Shown in pieces: positions 23,975-43,129 of a DNA stretch of 64,000 bases. This stretch comes from Octopus vulgaris. Taxonomy: Eukaryota. The notes under the pieces are model-generated. The model searched no databases and was not told where the DNA came from. It saw nothing but the letters and a program-made list of their open reading frames with translations. The stretch spans positions 103,726,001 through 103,790,000 of the forward strand of contig OX597817.1 in assembly GCA_951406725.2 (NCBI GenBank), written 5' to 3'. The position numbers and the translations under genes are program-made. The first letter of the stretch is position 1; each line of letters begins with the position of its first letter.

Positions 23975-24537
23975 AAAACCCACACTTTGACAAGTGTCTG
24001 TCGTTTCTCTCTTTTTGATATCATCCTGTCTTCCTCGATCTCTCTTTCCTCCCTTCCCTCCAATTTCTCTCTATAATGACGTTTAACAACTTCCATTCTC
24101 TTTCCCTCTCCACCTTCGCCGTCTCTCTGTCACTCTTTCTCCCACCACCTCTCTCTCTCTCTCTGTACGTCTGTCTGCATCTATAGAGAGAAAGCGTTGA
24201 CAGCTGCAACGGTTTAAATATTCCCACCACAGGTCTTTAACAACAGTGAATTATTATCACCCACCACCTCTGCACAGTCATGATAATTAATCAGGTATTT
24301 GTTGTCTTAATTTATATATGTATAATTTATATATATATAATTTATATATATATATATATAATGTGTGTATATATAGTGTATATATATATAATGTGTGCAT
24401 ATATAGTGTATATATATATATAATGTGTGTATATATAGTGTATATATATATATATAATGTGTGTATATATAGGTATATATATATATATGTATATAATTTA
24501 TATATATATAATATGTATATATATAGTGTATATATAT

Positions 24538-24928
24538 TACTCTCTTTTACTTGTTTCAGTCATGTGACTGTGGCCATGCTGGGGCACCGCATTTAGTCGA
24601 GCAAATCGACCCCAGGACTTATTCTTTGTAAGCCTAGTACTTATTCTATCGGTCTCTTTTGCCGAACTGCTAAGTTACGGGGACGTAAACACACCAACAT
24701 CGGTTGTCAAGCGATGTTGGGAGGACAAACACACACACACACATATACATATATAGACATATATACGACGGGCTTCTTTCAGTTTCCGTCTACCAAATTC
24801 ACTCACAAGGCTTTGGTCGGCCCGCGGCTATAGTAGAAAACACTTGCCCAAGGTGCCACGCAGTGGGACTGATCCCAGAACCATGTGGTTGGTAAACAAG
24901 TTACTTACCACACAGCCACTCCTACGCC
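24538..24928 (-). mobile_element. Full-length OK/OR-type tRNA SINE
   Basis: Highly similar to 14824-15255 over its whole length. Confidence 0.85.
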
Positions 24929-25044
24929 TATATATATATAATTTATATATATATATAATGTGTATATATATATAATTAATATATATATATATAAAGTGTA
25001 TATATCTATATATATAAAGTATATATATCTATATTTATATATAT

Positions 25045-25220
25045 ATATGTGTATATTGATAAAAATAGTAAGACAACAAAAGAGAGAAGAGACCTCGATA
25101 TTATGTAAATAGAGGAATTTAACTGTAAATGTAATATGAGACAATTATTCGGTGGCCATGACAAAACTCCGAGTTTCGGATATCGAGGTGGAAATCAACG
25201 CAGGCATCTCTTCAATTATC
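25045..25220 (-). repeat. PLE-tail-like repeat with hammerhead-like motif (25160-25220)
   Basis: Reverse complement GATAA TTGAAGA GATG...ATATC C GAAA CTCGGAG TT TTGTC; homologous plus-strand copy at 28700-28850. Confidence 0.55.
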
Positions 25221-26249
25221 CGTCCATCGGAAAGATGCTATGAAACATGACCGTTATACAAAGGGAAATTACTGTGTGCTTGACCGTTATTTAGACAAAA
25301 GAGCTATTTGAATCACCGCTAAGTGAGGGGAGGGAGTAAAAGTAAGGGGATAAAAAAGTCCATAGTATTCGCGTAAGTGCACATGCTCATACTTACACAT
25401 GCGCTTCCGCGCACCCACGTGCGTGCGCCTAAAACTATACATTCATCCACCCTCACTTGAAAACGTACACATCCTCATTCGCACCATTCGCCAAATATAT
25501 ATCTATATACATACACACATGCGCGCGCACTATAAAGGTTCATACGCACGTCTATATACGCACAAGCACAAGAAAAAACAGGGCTAAGGGTAACAATACA
25601 GAAAAAAGGTATAAGGGAGTATACAAAGAGTAAACCACGTCTATATACGCACATACCTTTATGCACGCGCACACACAAGCCTATATACGTACATACCCGC
25701 ACATGTCTATATACGCACACACACACGCACGCACAAAAAGGATCATACATATGACTATATGCGCACATACACAAGAAAAAACAGGGCTAAGGGCAAAAAT
25801 ACAAGAAAATGTGTAAAAACACTGAGTAAAATACGTCTATATACGCACGTACTCGCATGCACGCACACACGCACACATCTATATAAGCACATACCCGCAC
25901 ACACGCACACATCCACACGTGTGCACAAAAGATTGCATATACATTTCTATATACGCACAGGGAAAAATACAGGGTCGAAGGTAGAATAGAGAAAAAATAT
26001 GTGTAAAATATATATATGCAATAAACCTATAAATCAAAACCTCTATAAATATGTAAGAAATATATGTTTAAAAGATATAAATGAAAATATATAAGAAATA
26101 TAAGTAAAAGGTATAAAGAGATAAAAAGCTTGCGCGTGGACACAATATAGAGAGCAAGTTCTATTTGTAGTCTCGGGGGGACCAAAAACGTAACAAATAT
26201 TTGGCCACATATGGGCATGATCCAAAAAGTTCAGTTCTTGAATTCAGAC

Positions 26250-28385
26250 CTGTAGCGGGGTCTAACCTGCTTTTCCAGATGAGCCATCTTTCCGTTAGTG
26301 TAGGACTTACACTTGGCTAAGATCTTCCATAAGATCTTTAATACTGAGCAAGTCCGCTTCCATAATCAGGAAGAGGCAAAACAGCACTCTACACAAACAC
26401 TACAGAACGACGAACTCCTCATGGTCTCATACGACATGGGACAGAGAGTAAGCAAAATCAAAATAAAGAATGTCCCACCCGAAATTCAACCAAAGTGGAT
26501 CACATCGGCGATATGTTTTCATTTGAAAACAATAAACATAATAGAAATTGCTGTTTTTCACAATGAAAACTGGAGCGGCAAATCGATTGAAATCACGATC
26601 CAAATGGATCAAGATTCTATTGAAAAATCGTCCAATGTGATCCATCTCGAAAATGGACAAAGGCTGTATATGGTGGCGGAGGGGTAAAACTGCGTTGTTA
26701 CCTCTGCGGCAATCCAGACCACTTAATAGCAAAGTGCGTTTTAGCACATAAAAACAAGGAGAACAATTACAATCAAACCACAAAACAAATAGAAGACTGC
26801 CTTTGCTCCCAACACCACCAAACTCACAACGGATGCAAGAAATATACAGAAAAATGGAACCACGTCAAGAGCAACAACAAAAGATAATTACATCACCATC
26901 AACAACAAGAAGAGAAACAACACCATCACAATTACTTCTGACACCGCAACCAACTAGAGAAGCAACAACACCACCAACATCAAAAGACAAACCAACACCA
27001 GCACCAAGAACAACAACCAAGAAAATAAATACCAATGAAGAAAAGACAAATTCTGCCCCTAATTCCCCACCAACACACACACCACAACAATTTCTACAAA
27101 CACACATATAGAAGCAGATGCTTTGCCTTTATCCCTTCTGATTCGTCAGACTTTTCATCTAACGACGAAAGTTCGAGAGAATGGCAAATAGCCACAGGGG
27201 GTAAAAGGAAAAGATAAAAAAACAAACAAACAAGCAAATGCAAGTAAAGCAGGGAGATATATAACTCCTGATAGCCCCTTACACAATCAAACCAGCAACG
27301 ACACCACAAAAACACATAATGCTAATAGCAATAGACACAGAAAGTACAAAACTAATGAACTACATCGCATCTCACACAAACATTTGTGAAGAGGATTTTA
27401 AACTGAACAACCATCCACGTACTACACCACTGACACACGCACCGACAAGGTTGGATCGCAGCTTTGTACAGCGGCATCCGATCGGTAATTCGGCTGAACG
27501 ACCACCTGTCAAAACCGTTTGACATCACGCGTTCGGTCCGTCAGGGGTGTCCCCTGTCGGCGCTTCTGTATGTATTGACTCACGAGCAACTACTGCAGAA
27601 GCTGTCGACACTGAGGGGCATCCCACGAGAACTGGGTTGCGGGACGAGCGTGTCGGCATATGCGGACGATGTCACCGTCATAGTGTCGAGTCAAAAGCAC
27701 ATCGAGATGCTAGGCGAGACACTAAAAGTATACGAAACGGTGACGGGAGCAAAAATTAACCCGGAAAAGTCAGTGGGTTTGCTAATCGGCACCTGGAGAA
27801 GCAAGCCCATACCGTCCAACAGCAACTCAGTAGCGGGACGCTGGACGGACGGACCGGTTAAACTGCTCGGGGTCTGGTTCAGTCTGGACCTCCAAATGGA
27901 TAAGAACTGGGACAAGATCACGAGTAGAGTGGTCACTCTCAGTCAAACATGGGCCGAGAGAAAGCTATCTCTAGAAGGTCGGGCGGGGGTGGCTAATGCG
28001 TATATCGTATCAATCATCGATTACTGCCTGACCGTCGTACCTTGTTCCGATGCGACCATCACGAAACTAGGACGCATACTCTTCCGCTTTCTATGGAAGG
28101 GTGGCGTTCCGATGGTGAGGCGATCGATTTGCTGTCTACATCCTTTAAATGGAGGACTGGGCATGCCGAGGTTAATGATGCGAAGGCATGCGCTGACACT
28201 GCGGCATATCTGGAACTTCATCGACGACGGTGAACAGGTGTGGGCGCCGTTTATGAGGCGCATCTTGCCGCAGCTCGTCTCACTGACCGAACGGGAAACA
28301 TGAATCAAAACAAGACCGAAACTGGGCGATTGGCAACGAGAGTGTCGCCAAGCTCTACAACAGCTCTGCCGTCTGTGATCAAACT
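26250..28385 (+). mobile_element. Tx1/L1-clade non-LTR retrotransposon, internally deleted pseudo-element
   Basis: ORF1 remnant (GQRVSKIKIKNVPPEI) with a frameshifted CCHC knuckle CYLCGNPDHLIAKC at ~26697-26738; RT C-half 27464-28303 with SVRQGCPLS, AYADDVTV and GGLG; endonuclease and RT N-half are missing at an abrupt composition switch near 27447. Confidence 0.85.
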
Positions 28386-28444
28386 TGTGCGACTTCCAAA
28401 CGACCATATGTCTATATATATCCATGTTGATTCGTTAGTTACTG

Positions 28445-28632
28445 CACGCATTTTTTTCTCTCCTTCTTTCTGTGTTTTTTTTCTCTCTGTGTATCTTTCT
28501 GTTGAAGAGCGTAGGCTCGAAACGTTAAAGACTTGTTTTATTTATATTTCCTGAGCGCCATACTAATACAATTGTTTGTTTGTTTTCCACCTGCCTTCGT
28601 CTTTTGTCTATTTTCATAAAGCTTCCCGTTAC
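28445..28632 (+). mobile_element. ~190-bp hammerhead-bearing repeat (motif 28494-28531)
   Basis: TCTTT CTGTTGA AGAGC GTAG GCTC GAAA CGTT AAAGA. Confidence 0.7.
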
Positions 28633-28699
28633 ATGTATATATATATATATACATAAATCTATATATATATACATTTTTAACGGTATTTTTTACATAACG

Positions 28700-28850
28700 T
28701 TTTCAAATAGCCAGATAACCGAAGAGATGGTGTTGTGGATTTCCACTTCGGCATCTGAAACTCAGAGTTTTATCTTGACTACCGAGTAATGTAACATATG
28801 TATAGATATCCTCTATTTACATATATATATCTTACCGTTTTATATACATT
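28700..28850 (+). repeat. PLE-tail-like repeat with hammerhead-like motif (28713-28775)
   Basis: AGATAA CCGAAGA GATG..GTGGAttTCCAC..CATC T GAAA CTCAGAG TT TTATCT; stems I and III are complementary. Confidence 0.55.
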
Positions 28851-34366
<5,516 letters not shown>

Positions 34367-34466
34367 NNNNNNNNNNNNNNNNNNNNNNNNNNNNNNNNNN
34401 NNNNNNNNNNNNNNNNNNNNNNNNNNNNNNNNNNNNNNNNNNNNNNNNNNNNNNNNNNNNNNNNNN
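34367..34466. other. Assembly gap (100 N)
   Basis: Run of N. Confidence 1.
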
Positions 34467-34479
34467 AAAGTATTGGCAG

Positions 34480-35874
34480 AACTGTCTTTCTGGCCTGGCC
34501 TTTCAAGGTAACTGGACGACATTCTTCCTGCTCCCCTGTCGTTCACAAAAAATTCTGCGTTTGCAATACTTTTTTCATTCGGCGTCAACAGCCCTTCTTA
34601 TGTTGTTTTTCCCTGTCCTGTCTTTTATTGTTTATATTTTTGTACTGTCGTTATTGTCCTGTTTTTTTACCTTTTTTTAACATTTTTTACCCCTCTGCGA
34701 AAAGATCTCAGAATTTTAATTGATTTGCTTTTCGCAGGAAGGAAAGTTTCTTGTCGAAGATACGTCTCGCTTTTATCCTTCGAAACGTAGAGTAGATGAA
34801 ACCATAGCGACTGAAGAAGGGGTTTTTTCTTTGTGTTAATTGTCCTGTACTCCATTTTTTGTTGTTTTTTAAAAAATGTCCAGTTCCTTTGGTTTGTGTC
34901 TATGTTTTCGTTTCTCTTTTTGTTCGACGTCCTTTGGTGTCCTGCACTCATATATGCGTGTATATGTACATGTAGAGGTAGGTACGTACATATATGTTTA
35001 TATATATGCATATGTCTTATTTCATTTATTAATATATTATATGACTAAACGCACGCACCCCCTTAAGTAAGATTGTTCTGTATATCAAGTTTTGGTCTTG
35101 ATGTTAACTCTGACGCGCACTCTTCACCTTTCTGTCCCATCCCTATTCTTTGATTTTCTTTTTCCTTTACTTAACTTGTCTCTCCCTCTCTCTCTCATTC
35201 TTCACTCTCTCTCTCCCCCTCACCATTCTTCATGGTTTCCTCGCAGCCATTCCCCTTCTTCTCTCCCTTCCTCTTGCTCCTCCTCCCCCTTCCCGTCGTC
35301 CACCCGCGACGATACTTCCGCTCTGACTGTCTTTCTGGCCTGGCCTTTCAAGGTAACTGGACGACATTCTTCCTGCTCCCCTGTCGTTCACAAAAAATTC
35401 TGCGTTTGCAATACTTTTTTCATTCGGCGTCAACAGCCCTTCTTATGTTGTTTTTCCCTGTCCTGTCTTTTATTGTTTATATTTTTGTACTGTCGTTATT
35501 GTCCTGTTTTTTTACCTTTTTTTTAACATTTTTTACCCCTCTGCGAAAAGATCTCAGAATTTTAATTGATTTGCTTTTCGCAGGAAGGAAAGTTTCTTGT
35601 CGAAGATACGTCTCGCTTTTATCCTTCGAAACGTAGAGTAGATGAAACCATAGCGACTGAAGAAGGGGTTTTTCTTTGTGTTAATTGTCCTGTACTCCAT
35701 TTTTTGTTGTTTTTTAAAAAATGTTCAGTTCCTTTGGTTTGTGTCTATGTTTTCGTTTCTCTTTGTGTTCGACGTCCCTTTGGTGTCCTGTACTCATATA
35801 TGCGTGTATATGTACATGTAGAGGTAGGTACGTACATATATGTTTATATATATGCATATGTTTTATTTCATTTA

Positions 35875-35880
<6 letters not shown>
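34480..35880 (+). repeat. ~550-bp direct duplication (34480-35030 and 35325-35880)
   Basis: Near-identical text from actgtctttctggcctggcc to ttcatttattaata; sits next to the gap. Confidence 0.85.
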
Positions 35881-35914
<34 letters not shown>

Positions 35915-35918
<4 letters not shown>

Positions 35919-37334
35919 CATCATAAATTTTCGATGTTGATGAAATTTCAACCATGGGTAATTGACACACATCAAGAAGTATTCTCAAAGTTTCCACTTC
36001 ACATGACGAGTCTAAGACACCCTAATGGGAGCCTTAACTCCCAAATTTTAGTCATTTCTTTTATGATCCAAAACTAGGTCAAAAGTACTGAATAGATCTT
36101 TACGAAATTTGGAAAATAATATTCTATGCATAAGGGCCACAACCCCCATGACAATTCATATATTTTTGCTGTTGATGAAATTTTAACCATAGATGTTAGA
36201 TACAAATGAAGTAATATTTATAAAATTTCATCTTCTTACAAGATAGAAAGACCCCTTCATGGGGACTTAACACCCACAATTTTGTCATTTTATCTACGCA
36301 AAGACGAATGGTTGTATTCTTGGAAGCTGTGGGGTCATCCGAGCATAGAAGATGAGCATTATTTGTAATTCAATGGTACAACAGTGTAAGAGTTTGCTTT
36401 GACATACACTTACATTGTGATTTCTGCAATGTGCTGCATAAATTGTCAAGTAAATGAGAGGCATCTTTGCTTCCACTGATTCAGTTGCAAAGTGTTAAGT
36501 AAAATTATTTCATTGCAGATTTCCTTTCAATCTTTTTTATTATCACTGGGTCACACATAGTCCCCACATGGTAACATTGATTTCAAGGCCTTCCCAGATG
36601 AGTGACTGGTTATTGAAAGACATTTATAGATTGTAAATTTATTCTGTCCAGTTGCCTATCAGTATAGTGGTCGTTTGCAAACTCCAGAAGTGATACTTTC
36701 ATTTCTCCTTAGCCCTCACGTCACACAGTTGTTAATGTTTATTTCAGTTGGGTCACGTCCTTCCAATTGCTATAGATTCGTAATGCATCTTACGGCTGTG
36801 TCTGTCACCTGTATGGTGAGGAATACTACATTGGGAGTGGTAATGACTAGGGTACTGTAGCTGATTGCTTATTATGATCATTCGTCTTTTGGTTTCCTGT
36901 AACTTTGCTCTCTTTTACAAACCCAGTGAACATATATTTCCTATTTCAAAGAAATTCAAACAATAGATATAAGACCCAAGTTTAAAAGATTCTCAACAAT
37001 TCAACTTCTCTGGCTGACATTAAGATGCCCACTCCCAATAGGGGAGGTAACCCTCACATTTTAGAGCTCCATGACCTCCATTTTTCAGGAGCAAAATCCT
37101 TTCAACAGGTTCCATAAGACTGGAATTTAGGAATATGCGCATAAAATTCAGTAATATGGAATACATGTGGCATGATTACTATTTTGTTTGGGTGTGTAAA
37201 GAGGGAAATAACCCTCATCTGCAATTTCGATGAAATTCGAAACATAGGTATTCCAGTTCATTACAGAAAATATAACAGAAAGGTCTAATTCTTCAATTGT
37301 ATGTAACTCGGGCAACGCCGGGTAACTCTGCTAG
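35915..37334 (+). mobile_element. Helitron-like element (5' boundary uncertain)
   Basis: 3' end ctcgggcaacgccgggtaactctgCTAG|t, the same hairpin as at 22600-22627; internal repeated gatgaaattt..accat units. Confidence 0.6.
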
Positions 37335-37337
37335 TAC

Positions 37338-38335
<998 letters not shown>

Positions 38336-39307
38336 TTTTATATATCTACTAAATATTTGGAAAATCCCTTTGTGTTTCTTTGTGGTGTTTTCTAACTCCC
38401 CCTACATCGTTTTATTGATTTTGAGGAAACTTGTCACATGGAACCTTCGTGACATGCTTAGATTGATGAAATATTAGATAAAAGGCGCCTGGAAGGGATC
38501 ATTTCATATACCTCATATAACTAGTTTTTTTAAACACCGAAGGCAAATAACCCACTTGCACCTGCACAATATTTTTTCAACACTCAAGGGAAATGACCCA
38601 TAGCATCTGCACTTACAATTTTTAGGTTTTAGTGAAGTGCTCAATACTTGATTCTCACCATCAGCGGACCCAATTCTGCATTTCACGACTAACTGTCTTC
38701 AACTGCTAAACATTATTATTGCACACCTATGTGTATATATACACACATATATACATACATATACACATATATGTACTTTGCTGGATACATGTAGTGTTCG
38801 TCTGGTATGGTGATTTTTTGTTCATTTTTATGTCTTGATTATGCTTGCAATGACGATTAAAAAGTGCATTTCGTGCTCTAATTATGAAATCATATGATCT
38901 GCAGCTGAATCTGTTTTTAGAAGGCTCGCTTCGAGGGTTGCATTCCCTCGCGTTCGGTACAATGAGTTTATTACGGTAGTTTTTGACTTTAAGAGTCCCT
39001 CCTAGTGTGAGGCATTTATGTATATAATATATTTAATATAAATAAATGTAAGTATATTTAAAGGGAATAATTAATAATTTTTCCCTTATGAGGTTTTTCA
39101 TGCTAACTACTTGATAAATTCTTATAGATTTTATCCTATTTTTAAATATGTACATATATATATATATATATATACGCACATATATATATATATATACATG
39201 CCCACACATATATTTACACACATATACATATATATATAAACATATATGTACACACATGCATATGCACACATATGTCCCCATATATACACACATATATATA
39301 TACACAT

Positions 39308-39995
39308 ACTCCAGCTGAGGTACGCGGTAATTCGTAGGTAACCGAGGTTTATCACTTGGTTCTGTTCGCATAATTGTTTCGCAAATCCAATAACAACAAT
39401 ACAAAGTTTGTAGCCCCTGAAAAGGGCTTTAATGAGTTCCCAGAGTTTATAGAACATAAAAGAAAATACTAACATGGTATTTATACTAAAATCGTGGAGC
39501 ATGTTACGTAATAACAGGCTAATTAGATATGAGATAGTAATTCAAAGTAAATAACTCTGAAAAGGGCTTTTGGGCGTTCCCAGAGAATATTAGCCACAGG
39601 GACGCTAGTTTTGGTATATTCGTGAATAAGTCACTAACTGAAATAAGTAGATCTATTGTTTAGGAAAATAATATTTACTTGTTTAATGGTTGTACTGGAT
39701 AAATTGCGAAAATAACTAACAGTTCAAATACGAAATAATTAGCATACTCAATTTGTTTTATACCAAATGATTTAGGAAAATGAATGGGTTATTTCTCTTG
39801 GCTATATATAAGAATCCCTTCCAGGGGCCGTATTATCAATTTTTTTTCTACAATCTGCGTATGCCATGAGGTTTCTAGACATGAATTCTATTCACGTGTC
39901 AAGTTTCATCAAAATCGATTAAACGATGTAGGAGTTAGCTAACAACTCCACAAACATACCTGCAGACAAAATTTCCCACATATGGAGTAGGTATA
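39308..39995 (-). mobile_element. Probable non-autonomous Helitron
   Basis: Left end resembles a decayed CTAG plus hairpin (gtacgcggtaattcgtaggta); right end has caagtttcatcaaaatcg, typical of such elements near their 5' end. Confidence 0.4.
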
Positions 39996-42437
39996 TAATT
40001 TTAAATTCTTAATCATGTTAAGGATATCAGTTTCGCATTTATCTAAGTGGAGGTTGGGGGGAGGTTTTTTTATGACCTAAGGTTATATCTATTCTCATTG
40101 ATTTCATCCGACCTGTTTTTTTATCGTAAAAGAAGGCCTTCCATTTCACTTTTCGGATAAGATCCCTTGCTTTGCTACGTAATAGTAGGTGAAAAGTTTT
40201 TGAGATGGAATGGGTGTATCCTTGAGTGAGATGCCGAGGAACTGTTTGTCATTAGTAAGCAGTACCTACATCGTAAAATTTTCTAAACACAAACCTTATT
40301 TCCAAAGGCACATTTCCAATACAATCAATAGGATTACCTCATCTCCCAATATGCACCTCTCTTCTGACAAAACCGGGAATTTATACTCTCTTACCTTCGA
40401 GGAATATCTTGAATTTATTAGGAAGGAACTATACAAATTCTCTAGGACAGCCCCACAATCAACACCAACCAATGCAAGCTTGTAAATACACTCGAAGTTG
40501 GCGATCGCACTGAGCCCTACAACCCAAGAACACCACACTTTAATCTTAAAGACCAAAAACCCTACTTCTAACCAAACCCTCTATTAGACTAATCTGCCCC
40601 ACCAAATCGGATTTAAGATGAATCAGCAAAAATATACTAGACAGAGTCATACCCTCTATTAGAGAAAAACTAAATGTAAACTTATTGTCCTGTATAGGCG
40701 AGGTCATCACCTGCTTCTACCTGCTTCAAAGCAAAAACACATCCTATTTCCTACAATTTGACATGGGAAATTACTATGCCTCGATATCACCTATTCTCCT
40801 TTAAAACGCCCTGACCTTAGCTAAAAACCTAACAAATATAACCTCCTTAGAAATTGATGTAATTGTATTTGCCAGGCAGACCCTCATATCCTTCGATAAG
40901 CTTTGGTCCCACGCTAACCTCACTACGAACAGAAGCAACTTATTTGGGCTCATCCGATTCTGCTCAGGCCACGGGTCTAGGCGGACTGTACCTCCTTCAA
41001 CAGCTCCGCACAGAATTCCCCCACATCAAAGGAAGTTTATATAGAGATGAATCATTGTTAATTACAACTGGCCTAAAAAATCTGCATTAGGAAAAACTAG
41101 AGAACGCTTACATAAATTCTTCGCCAATTTCAACCTATCTATCTCTTTTAAAAACTCTTACAGGACGGAAAATTTTCTAGATGTTACATTTGATTTAAAT
41201 TCTTCACTATACTTACCATATCAATACCTTAAATACATACTTCCCATATCAATACCTTAACCACACTAACACAGAATCTAGCAAACATAAATCTACTTTC
41301 TAGAGCATAATCAAAGGCATATACATCAGAATATCCAATCCATCTGCCACTGCGGAAATCTTCAATAACTACGCCAATTACTATAAACAAGCTCTAGCTG
41401 ATAGTGGTTTCTCCCAGAAGACTAGATTTATACCCAACCCTAGACTTAAGGAACACCTCTCGAATCTTGACTCTAGACAAACACGCACAAATACTGGGAA
41501 TCCAAACCCTCCAACTGCGACCAGACAATCTCGCCTACCTAGCACCCACACACATAACACTCGATCTACGAATACTTAATATTAGACATTCCAACCCTCT
41601 GACATTCACTAGAAATTACACCTCCCCAAACTTGCCTAATAAAAGCGGCGGGAGATCTATTCTGTGGTATACACCTCCATTCACTTTAAACGTTAGGGGC
41701 CTCACTAAAGCATTCTTTAAAATAATAGAATCTAATTTCCCACGTAGCCACAAGTACCATTCTATCTTTAACAGATCCACTTTGAAATTATCCTATTCAT
41801 CTACACCAAATATAGAATCTATTACCACCTCGTCTAACAAACTTAGCTCTTACTATCTCAATGCATACAACCCCACCATAGACCTACACAATGAAAACGC
41901 TAACTCCAATCGCAATAGCATATCTAATGACCCTGGCCCGATCACTTTAAACAACTTATACATAATATAATCCCCACCTCGGAGGGTAATGGGTTCACAG
42001 CTGAACCCGACGCAGACACTAATAGGCACACTGATACTAACAATACTAATTATATTATAACCAATACAACTAATAATACCTATACTTCAACTACTAATAA
42101 GACTAGCAATATTATTACTTGCACCAACGGCAATATTACCATTACTGAAAATACTACTACAACTTACACTCTTACCACAAAAGCTACTATTCATAGTTGC
42201 AATAATAACATCACTAATACCACCTCCTCTACCACTGCTAATACTAACACTACTACCAATAATGCTACTACTACTGCTGCTGCTACAACTACTAGTAATG
42301 ATAATGATAACAGCGATACCGATAACGATAATAATGGTAACGCTGGCGTTGATATTGATACTAGAAATGATGGCAATAATAACGGCAATATCGCGAACGA
42401 TTCACCTAATACTACCCTAGCCACTACCAGCGCTACC

Positions 42438-42476
<39 letters not shown>

Positions 42477-43129
42477 ATTAACCATCGTAGAACTGATAGC
42501 TGCAACTGCAGATCCAGGACAGTCTGTCCGCTGCAAGCCCAATGCAGAAGATTCAACATAGTATACCAATGCACCGTTCACAACATATAAATATCTCCTA
42601 TAGCTACTACATTGGATCTACCTCAAATTTTAAAAGATATGCACATTTTAACTCGTATAAATATAAAGAGAATAGCAATTCCATATCACTAGCCAGCCAC
42701 GTACACCATCTGATTAATAGGAAAATACAATATAGACTTCCCTGAGCAATAATAGACTCGGGTATCCTGCATCAGGGCCAACACTCCATCTGTGGACTCT
42801 GTTTAAAAGAACCCCTCAAAATTTTAGCCCATAACTCATCACAATTGCTTAATAATCACAACGAATCCTTCACTACGTGTAAGCAGAAACTCTTCCGCAC
42901 TTTTAAATTCTTTCATAAATCTAAATTCTCCTCTCCCCACGAATAGCACCCACATACAAACCTCCATGATCATTAGTACATACCCCTCTATATCTCTTCT
43001 ATCTCCCATGTATCTCTATACCACTTCTATCCCTCATGTATCTCTATATCTCTCCTACCTACCTTATCTCATATCTCTTCTATCTACATTACCTCATCAC
43101 TTTATACGATAAATATTAATTCATTAATC

